A stretch of DNA of 32,000 bases, taken from Candidatus Saccharimonadota bacterium (GTDB lineage Bacteria > Patescibacteriota > Gracilibacteria > BD1-5 > UBA2023). The notes beneath the pieces were generated by a model. It was not told where the DNA came from, searched no databases, and saw only the letters and a program-made list of their open reading frames with translations. Numbering within the stretch: the stretch's first letter is position 1; the number at the start of each line of letters is the position of its first letter. Below are positions 24,886 to 32,000 of the stretch, piece by piece. The stretch lies in assembly GCA_046350815.1 (NCBI GenBank), contig JAXLZO010000001.1:600001-632000 (forward strand), in the 5' to 3' direction. The translations under genes and the position numbers were made by a program.

Positions 24886-25638
24886 GGGTCTAAACCAGTT
24901 ACGGGTTATATTGACGAAGTAACTTTAGCACTTCCTTATAAATATCTTTTCATTGAATACGACAATTATATCTGAATTCAGATTCTTTCAAAAAATAGTA
25001 GAAGTAGACTTTCTTGATTCCATTGAATTGAGAGAGTCTTCTTTTGGTATAACTCCAAAATGACTCTATTCAATTAATGTGTTGAGTTCATCTTGCAAAT
25101 TCATTTGCTCCGTGATGAACACGGTAGTGTTTCTCATATCCAATATCTACAAGCCCATCATAAGCTCACCATCCATCACTGTTAATCTCAGACTCTTCTA
25201 TACGAAGTTTTCATCGAATGATTGGCACGAGAGTCCTTGCTTTTACATCAGGAACTATCTCAGTATATACTTTTCAGTTTCTTTTGAGTAAACCAAAGAC
25301 TATTGTCTTCATACCAGCTCACCTTCCTCTCTTTCATCGGACTCTTGTTGGTCAGAAGTAACTCTCATCTATCTCAACATTTCCAGTCCATATTTCATTC
25401 TTTTCTCTCTCACAGAGAAAGGCTATCGCCTTTCTGATATATCTATACCAATCCTGTGTTGTTTTTGGATTGAGACCTGTTAATACCGCTGTTTTATCTG
25501 AAGTAAAATCCAGAGAAAAATATTTCACAATTTCTCTTATTTTTGCATCTCAAATTCGTGATTTTTTCCTATAGGTAGTTTTACTGATCATAGAGCCAAG
25601 TTTATGGGATAATTTATCCTGTCAACTGGTTTAGACCC
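24886..25638 (-). mobile_element. IS1595-family (IS1016-like) insertion sequence, copy B, inverted relative to copy A
   Basis: Reverse complement of 16331..17083. Flanked by the direct repeat TATTAAA (24879-24885 and 25639-25645). It sits between the stop of the 24533..24865 gene and that gene's terminator hairpin. Confidence 0.9.
24899..25591 (-). CDS. IS1595-family transposase (copy B)
   Basis: Mirror image of 16378..17070; ATG (cat) at 25589-25591 and TAA (tta) at 24899-24901 were checked. Confidence 0.9.
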
Positions 25639-25644
25639 TATTAA

Positions 25645-25677
25645 ATTCCCAACTTCATATGAAGTTGGGAATTTTTT
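25645..25677 (+). terminator. rho-independent terminator, probably belonging to gene 24533..24865 and separated from it by IS copy B
   Basis: attcccaacttc-atat-gaagttgggaat followed by ttttt. Confidence 0.7.
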
Positions 25678-25699
25678 CATCTTTTCTGTAGAAAGTTCT

Positions 25700-26300
25700 T
25701 TATTGTGTGTGATTGGACGTATATTATTTCCATCCTTGGGTCCAAAACCCTGTTTGCTTTCAAGCCGATTGTAACTAGAGTGTCAAGTGTATACATGACT
25801 CAATATAAATCAACATGGTGTACCGAAAAGCATCACATGCTGTCTATGACTGCAGGTATCACATAGTATGGATTACGAAATATAGAAGAAAATGTCTTAC
25901 GAAACCAATTCAAGAATCAGTACAACGAATCATAGAATGAATCTGCAAAGAACTCTACATCACACCCATTGCTATTGGTATGGAAGAAGATCATATACAT
26001 GTATATCTGAGTATTCCTCTTGTACATCCAATTCCATTTGTAGTCCAAATGTTTAAATGAAGAAGCTCACACCATATATGGACCGATACAATATTTAAGT
26101 CTCATCTAAAAAACTTCTATTGGTGAGAAAAGAAATCTCTCTGGGCAGTGTGATACTTTTGTACAACAGTCTGAGCAGTAGATGGAGATATCATCAAAAA
26201 ATATGTAGAACAACAATGAAAAGAAGATGTCGAAGGTGCAGAAATAGAAATTTAAAGCAAAACAAAAGCCACGGCGCTTTAGACCGTGGCTAGATCGGTT
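25700..26300 (+). mobile_element. IS200/IS605-family element carrying tnpA only (boundaries approximate)
   Basis: Y1 transposase gene plus a subterminal hairpin, agccacgg-cgctttaga-ccgtggct, at about 26270-26294. The ends were not defined and no tnpB is present. Confidence 0.5.
25815..26255 (+). CDS. tnpA: IS200/IS605-family Y1 (HUH) transposase TnpA, 146 aa
   Basis: MVYRKASHAVYDCRYHIVWITKYRRKCL...EEDHIHVYLSIP...MFK[G]RSSHHIW...LWAV[G]YFCTTV[G]AVDGDIIKKYVEQQ. HUH motif (HIH) and catalytic Tyr are present. There are 6 in-frame TGA. Confidence 0.9.
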
Positions 26301-26314
26301 GAGAGATTTTTACT

Positions 26315-26342
26315 TTGACAAATAGTATATACTATATATAGT
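26315..26342 (+). promoter_or_regulatory. candidate sigma-70-type promoter
   Basis: TTGACA (26315-26320), 16-nt spacer, TATAGT (26337-26342), about 35 nt upstream of ATG 26379. Confidence 0.3.
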
Positions 26343-26378
26343 GATCAAATGATTGAAAGGAATAAGGAGTCTATTTCA

Positions 26379-26768
26379 ATGAGTTCTACAAATACAAATA
26401 CTACTTGGTGTGTACTACACAAGCAAGACTGGCTTGCAAATTACGGTCCAAAAAAACGAAATGTTCTCTTTGTTATGATCGTAGCGAATATACTCATGCT
26501 GATCATGACATGGCACCTTCCGTTCCTGGTTGAAGTATTGTGCATGTATCAAGTATGTGTCATGATGGTAATATTTGCATATGCCCTCTCATACCGAAAG
26601 ATATGGAAAGATGTGCAAAAAGTTTTTCCTGACTTGACGTGGAGCGAGCATGAAGCATTGTTTGCTTACACAACCAAGCATTATGCAACGCGCGCATTCT
26701 TCTTCTCCCTGTTTTGGCCAGCATTTTTCCTTCCTCGATCTTCGAAGAAGTGGGAATATGAACGCTAA
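26379..26768 (+). CDS. hypothetical membrane protein (129 aa)
   Basis: aaggag RBS before ATG 26379 (the ORF-track start is 26349). Several hydrophobic helices; TAA stop. Confidence 0.5.
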   Translation: MSSTNTNTTWCVLHKQDWLANYGPKKRNVLFVMIVANILMLIMTWHLPFLVEVLCMYQVCVMMVIFAYALSYRKIWKDVQKVFPDLTWSEHEALFAYTTKHYATRAFFFSLFWPAFFLPRSSKKWEYER

Positions 26769-26785
26769 AACGAGATTCATGTTAC

Positions 26786-26814
26786 CCCAGCTTTAAAGGA
26801 AGCTGGGATTTTTA
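26786..26814. terminator. bidirectional terminator between convergent genes; overlaps the speE stop
   Basis: cccagct-ttaaagga-agctggg followed by attttta. Confidence 0.6.
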
Positions 26815-27645
26815 TACGCTCAGAAATTTTGGAAGTACAAAACATGCACTATGGATCTCTGGCGTGTAGTACTTGAGATCGTCGAATTGTCCGGGGTGAT
26901 TGCGAAATCATTGAGTAATCTGAGGAAGCTTTGAACTTATGAAAAATCAAAAACAACCACTATGGTACATAGGAATAAAAGCAAGATATCGATCGACACT
27001 TGCAAAATTCCTCTGAAACATCTGATGCTGTTTCCGATAAAAATCCAAACGACTAAAAGGAGAGTCCCCATAGCTCACGATGAGAGCGTTTGTATTGGTG
27101 ATTGTTTTAATATCTCCAAATATTGTCTCACCATGAAGTTGACCACCAAGTTCTCCATCTTCACTATCATCAGTACTATCAACGAACACGATATCAAAAG
27201 GAGCTCAGCTATATTCTTGTACAAAGATTGTGCCATCCTGATGGACGAGTGTTGACCGAACATTATTGAATCCGGATGCAACTTGAGGAAAATATTTGCG
27301 AGCAACTTCTGTAACGACTGGATCAATATCACAGGTGACAACTTCTTCTATGCTTTCATATCTGAGAAGTTCTCTCAAACACCCGCCATCTCCACCACCG
27401 AGAATGAGAGCTCGCTTTGGATTCTGATGAGTTTGCATAGCAACATGTACCATCATCTCATGATAGCTCCACTCGTATGCATCACAGAGTTGTATGACAC
27501 CATCGAGGAGGAGTATATTTCCCCAATCCTGATGATGAATAACTTGGAGGTGTTGAAAATTGGATTTTATATCGAGGAGTATCTCTGTATCAGAGAGTAT
27601 GAGTGTGCTCTTGTGACAATATTCACCCTCTTTATGGTCGTACAT
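26812..27645 (-). CDS. speE: spermidine synthase (polyamine aminopropyltransferase)
   Basis: ORFs 27205..27645 and 26947..27189 are in frame and extend through TGA codons (27205, 26947, 26908) to TAA at 26812. Features: LLLDGVIQLCDAYEWSYHEMMVH, ILGGGDGGCLRELL, FDIVFVDSTDD, and a C-terminal KYYTPEIHSACFVLPKF. Confidence 0.9.
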
Positions 27646-27651
27646 AGTTGA

Positions 27652-28032
27652 TTATTTATGAGCTATCATTGATCGATGGATCGTTTGAAGTTTTTGCTCT
27701 TGTGATTGGAATATTTCCATAAGTTTCTTATAGAGGTTCTCCGCTTTGGATGAATTATCTTGGCTCTGATTGCAGACAAATACGTCGATCGATACATACC
27801 CAAACTCCGGCCACGTGTGGATAGATACGTGTGATTCCGCAAGGGCAAATACTGCAGTAAATGATGCTCATCAGAATAGATGTATATGTTCACCGAGTCG
27901 ATTGAGTCACTCATCGTCAATCATACTGCCAAATATATTGATAATACCGTCTCGTGTGATAGTCGCAAAATCCTCAAAAGAGCATTCGTAGAGATCTCCA
28001 ATAATATGAATTCCAGTTTTTCCTAGTAGCAT
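27652..28032 (-). CDS. speH: S-adenosylmethionine decarboxylase proenzyme (small, class 1)
   Basis: [17 protein letters not shown]...F[G][G][32 protein letters not shown] carries the ES|H self-cleavage motif. It ends 6 nt upstream of the speE start. Confidence 0.85.
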
Positions 28033-28175
28033 GGTATGGTTTGTTTTGAGAATGGGGGAATTATAGAAAAAAAGATGAAAAATAAAATGTTCACAAGAAA
28101 ACTCTTTCTGAAAAGATTTTTTTGAGCTTTTATCAGAACTCACTACACTCTCAGTATTATTTATTGCACTTTAAT

Positions 28176-28886
28176 ATGCTTACTCGCAATATCTGTGATA
28201 TTGTCGTCTTCCATACGCCTCTTGATGTGAATAGTGCTATATCCGAGCGAACCAAGATCGTGAGAGAAATGGTGGATGGTTATCTCTCTGGAATGGGAGT
28301 ATCTTGGAATACTCATGAGAACATAACTCCCACAACACAGACAATCATATCAGAGTTTCAGGGTACTATTTTCACTATGAGTTTTTCTTCATCAGTCGGA
28401 TTGATACCGTCAATTCGAGCGAGTCTTATGCCGAGTTCACAACTCTCCAAAGCAATTGTAGAAAATTTTCTCTCTGACATTGTTCGCATTTTTCGTGGAC
28501 AATTTTTTGAGAGATATTTTCTCGAATATGATCCAATCTATCATCTCGATGAGATGAATATGGGAAAAAAATATGATCTTGATGATATTGCTTGATGCGA
28601 TATACGATCAGCGTCTCATGATGAAATCGTCCGTCTGCTCGATGCTATTTATTTTCTCCATTTTCGTCTCGTTCGAGAACTTTCTCGTTCGCTTGATAGC
28701 GAGGAAAATATAAGTACACTTCTCGGAATTTCACTCTCGAGTGATCTTGTCCTCGGGCTTCAAACATCATGAGTGAGGATTGGAGAGATACAACAATCAC
28801 TCATCTCACAGATTGCGCAAGTGCGCGCCCAAATAGAACTTTTTAATTCTTTGCTTCCATCGCTATGATACTCGATCCATTCGTAG
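28176..28886 (+). CDS. hypothetical protein (236 aa), first gene of the operon divergent from speH
   Basis: ATG 28176. The frame continues through TGA at 28596, 28770 and 28866 to TAG at 28884. It overlaps the next gene by 22 nt. Confidence 0.5.
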
Positions 28887-29317
28887 TACTTTCCGGTCTT
28901 TGTTATTTGCTTCTTGGTATTCTTCTTCTTGCAATCTCATTGTGGTTGTTTGAGGGATGGACACGATTTGATGTACGTCATGAAATCCTTAATACTCAGA
29001 ACAAGGCTCTTGCAAGTATTGTAAAATGAGTTGTTATGGGGCAGGGTATTATTATTACCGCCGCCATATTTTTTACGGGTTATACTCCCGATCATGAAAC
29101 GCCTATTTTGCAGGTATTTCTTCCATCACTCTTATGGAGTGCGGTCTTCGGACTCATCGGTATGGTGTTTCTTCAAGGATTACTCTCGCTCTTCTTTCGT
29201 GTGCCACGTATGGAAAAGGAGATTCTCATCGATCAGAATATGGCACTTGCGAGTATTATCGAAGGTGGATTGGTGGTTCTTGCTCTGATGGTTTCGGTTG
29301 CTTTTTATTCCTACTAA
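28865..29317 (+). CDS. DUF350 (YjfL-like) integral membrane protein
   Basis: MILDPFVVLSGLCYLLLGILLLAISLWLFEGW...NKALASIVK[G]VVMGQGIIITAAIFF...NMALASIIEGGLVVLALMVSVAF. It has four hydrophobic helices, and the NxAxA motif appears twice. Confidence 0.7.
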
Positions 29318-29392
29318 GCATTCTTCTGAGATATGGCATCATTACATAATGAAAATAATACAAAAGACGGTGTAGGGCAATTGGGAAGATTT

Positions 29393-30634
29393 ATGATTGC
29401 TCGAGATGTAGAAGATTTTGTTGTACGCGAAGGATGACAAGTGCATGGAAATATCCTCATCGAAACACTCGCCGCAATACCGACGAATACACCGAAGTGA
29501 ATCTATGATGCTTATGAGCGAATTTTCTTCAAGGAGACAGCCGATATACTCAAATACTATCAGAACTCGGCACTTTTTTTGAAGAATCTTCATCTTGACG
29601 CAGTCATCACCTCACTTGCTGCCTATATAGGAGAGATGACAAAAATACTCAAGAAGAACCAAAGCAATAAGAAGAAACTCCTTCTCATCCATCTTCCGCC
29701 GATTGATATGGTACTCTTGGCGGTCATACTCGATGAGGCTGGCGTGAAGAATGCAGCTCTCAATTTCAATCGTGCTCCGGTTGTGAATGGTATTTCCAAG
29801 ACATTTGAGGCACATCTCCTGCTCGCATCCGCACGAGAGAATCCTCGTCTTATGGCAGCTCTTGCACCACTCGTAAAGATGTTACCGTCAGATATTGCGC
29901 AGTATGATTGTATCCTCGATGAGAATGACACGGCACCTGATTATGATATTGCAACGATTGATTCATACATTGCACAGGCAATAGGATTCAAGGAACATCA
30001 GGTGATACTCAGGAGCGAAGAATATCCGGATGCTTCATTTCTCACAGCTCAAGGTATCCAAGAACTTTGTATTCTCGATATTGATGAGAGATCAGGTTTT
30101 GATACATTTTATGGATGAACATTGATCAAAGAATGAATCGACGTTCATCGAGAGGTGATTCCTTATCTGGGTATCAGAGATATTGGGGATTATGAAGCTT
30201 ATGTTCTTACAAAGAACAAAGAATACCTCGCGAATCGTGTTCAGCAGAGAGAACTCTCGATCGCTGGAGGTGGCATGAATAAATACGAGCCATCATCCGG
30301 AGGAAAGGTAAAAAATAGCACCTCGTCGCTACCGAGTGACGGAAAAAGTGACAATCAAATCTCAAAATGACAGGCGGGAGTTGCTATGGGAACACTTGCG
30401 ATGCTCATGATTTTTCTCTTTATCATCGATATGAGAAATGGTGCACCCCTATTCGCCGATAAATCAAAATACAAGACTGGGAGTGGTGCTTCATCATCGA
30501 GTCCATGGTCATCTGGAGGTCGTTGGACTTCTGGATCGAGTTCAAGTTCATCAAGTTACTCTTCGAGCTCAAGTAGTAGCTCGAAGAGTGTAAGTTCTTT
30601 TGGCGGAGGCTGATTTTCTAAGTGAGGAGGGTAG
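29393..30634 (+). CDS. hypothetical protein with a single C-terminal TM helix and a Ser/Gly-rich tail ending ...FGGG[G]FSK[G]GG
   Basis: ORFs 29579.., 30155.. and 30386.. share one frame, joined by TGA codons; TAG at 30632. An alternative start is ATG 29333. The stop lies 1 nt before the ATG of the next gene. Confidence 0.55.
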
Positions 30635-30635
30635 T

Positions 30636-31832
30636 ATGCAAATAACACCACATATCTCACCACAACGTGAAATGGATACTCAATATGTCACAGAAAAAGT
30701 AGAAGCTCTGTATGGAGATCTCAATCTCCCAAAAGACTATTTTGACTATGTGGATAATGAGGTATTTGTGAATTTGTCGTCCGAGGAAGATGAGAATCTT
30801 CGAACTCTGGTGAGTCGTGTCGATGCGATCATGCGACAGGCATATATCTATGCCTATGAAGAGCGATATATTCGACTCGATGAATATCGTCCTTGGCTTG
30901 ATCGTTTTCGTCAGGAATATCCCTACGATGAGCATTTCATAGCTCGCTATGATGCAGTATTTGATAAGAATGGTGTGATCAAATTTGTTGAGAATAATGC
31001 AAATACTCCTGGGATGCAATTAGAGTCGATGTATTTTAGTGATTGGCTCACTCCGGCTGGATATACGAGTCATGCAAATCGTATCCGATCGAGCATCCTT
31101 GATTTTTGGAGGCGAAAGAGAGATGAAAAATGACTCAAAAATATTGCTATTCTCACAGCCTACACATTCGAAGAAGAGGATCATCTTGTGTGTCGTACCT
31201 ATGCGGAAATACTCTCAGAAATCTTTGAGCCATCATCTTTGGTAGTAGGAGATATCTATGATATGCACATTGTTGACGGACAAGTTTTTGTTCGTTGAAT
31301 CCCCGTTGATGCTGTTCTTTCTTATTTTCCACTCGAATTCTTTTTGACAGATTATGAGTTTGCTGATGATTTCTTTCAGGTGGTATTCGATGGATGATGT
31401 TTCTTAGCAAATCCTATTGAATCAATCATTCTCCAGGATAAGTGACTCTTTGCAACGATTCATGAACACAAATCGAAATTTTCTGAGGAAGATCAGCTTA
31501 TTATCGAACAGCATATTCCCTATACACAGCGCAAGATGCCTGATTCGAGTGATGGATGGATTGCAAAATGGCGATTTGGGAGATACGGTCGTGAGATATA
31601 CAAAGCTCATTTTGAATGAGAAATCGTCGAAGAGTCTCATTATATTTATCAACAGTATTTTGAGCCGCAGAGTATCAATGACAAGAATGATTTCCTCGTA
31701 TTTTCCATCTATACGACGATGCGAGAGGTGCTTGGATATATCGTGCGTCGGCAATTTCGGCACACGACGGATGACAGAGATAATGTTGTAACGATGGTGT
31801 ATACGGATAATACAAAAAGCTTTATTTGATAA
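30636..31832 (+). CDS. glutathionylspermidine synthase family (YjfC/YgiC-like) ATP-grasp amidoligase, 398 aa
   Basis: aggagg RBS. IARYDAVFDKNGVIKFVENNANTPGMQLESMYFSDW and IPVDAVLSYFPLEFFL...FLANPIESIILQDK[G]LFATIHE match the GSP_synth family core. The frame was checked codon by codon through 7 TGA to TAA at 31830. Confidence 0.8.
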
Positions 31833-32000
31833 TGATGTCTATGGAAATATTTATTTTAATAGCAATGGGTCTCATTTTTGGAGCACATAATGTAATTATC
31901 AAGCACTTCAAAGGAACTCATCGCACGATGATCATTGTCTGATTGATTGTCGGGTTTCTATCCCTCATATTTGGGATGGGTTGAATGATCGCTTTCTTTG
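31832..32000 (+). CDS. membrane protein, 5' partial (continues beyond the window)
   Basis: The ATG overlaps the preceding TAA (TAATG). MMSMEIFILIAMGLIFGAHNVIIKHF...IIV[G]LIVGFLSLIFGMG[G]MIAFF is hydrophobic. Confidence 0.4.

Noticed and set aside
16331-25638. The IS pair plus intervening 7.8 kb as a composite transposon that moved as a unit.
   Set aside because: Each IS copy has its own matching 7-bp direct repeat (TGTCTTA or TATTAAA), whereas the outer flanks of the pair do not match each other. The cargo is housekeeping-type genes.
24533-26768. Absence of UGA codons in the small genes 24533..24865 and 26379..26768 (flanking the IS cluster) as a sign of import from a standard-code organism.
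   Set aside because: The genes are short. Long stretches of bona fide native genes, such as about 400 codons at each end of leuS, also lack UGA, so the absence is not statistically meaningful.

Overview
AT-rich, tightly packed bacterial chromosome segment that can only be read with translation table 25 (UGA = Gly). This points to a Gracilibacteria/Absconditabacteria (SR1)-type candidate-phyla-radiation genome. Under table 11, ftsH, leuS, polA, yebC, an M16 peptidase, speE/speH and both transposase types look shattered. Reading UGA as Gly joins the fragments in frame and puts Gly at positions that are Gly in well-known homologues. Every CDS called here ends in TAA or TAG. Left to right: DUF360 membrane protein, small lipoprotein, ftsH, TraB/GumN-like protein, 3D-domain/PG-binding cell-wall protein, yebC, a hypothetical, and leuS carrying a Nudix-hydrolase domain nested in its editing domain. 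Then come two tandem paralogous secreted proteins and a RumA/TrmA-family rRNA methyltransferase. Next is a ~1287-aa pilin-leader/FN3/BspA-LRR surface protein gene split by a 753-bp IS1595-family (IS1016-like) element. This is followed by a coiled-coil hypothetical, a short exonuclease-less polA, a doubly frameshifted ogt/MGMT relic, thpR/ligT, phnA/yjdM, an M16C (PreP-like) peptidase and a small membrane protein. The right part holds a second identical IS copy in inverted orientation, an IS200-type tnpA-only element, and speH-speE. Divergent from speH-speE is a translationally coupled operon: hypothetical, DUF350, Ser/Gly-tailed protein, glutathionylspermidine-synthase-like ATP-grasp ligase. 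No rRNA, tRNA or CRISPR array was recognised. All coordinates come from manual translation, and start codons are less certain than frames and stops.
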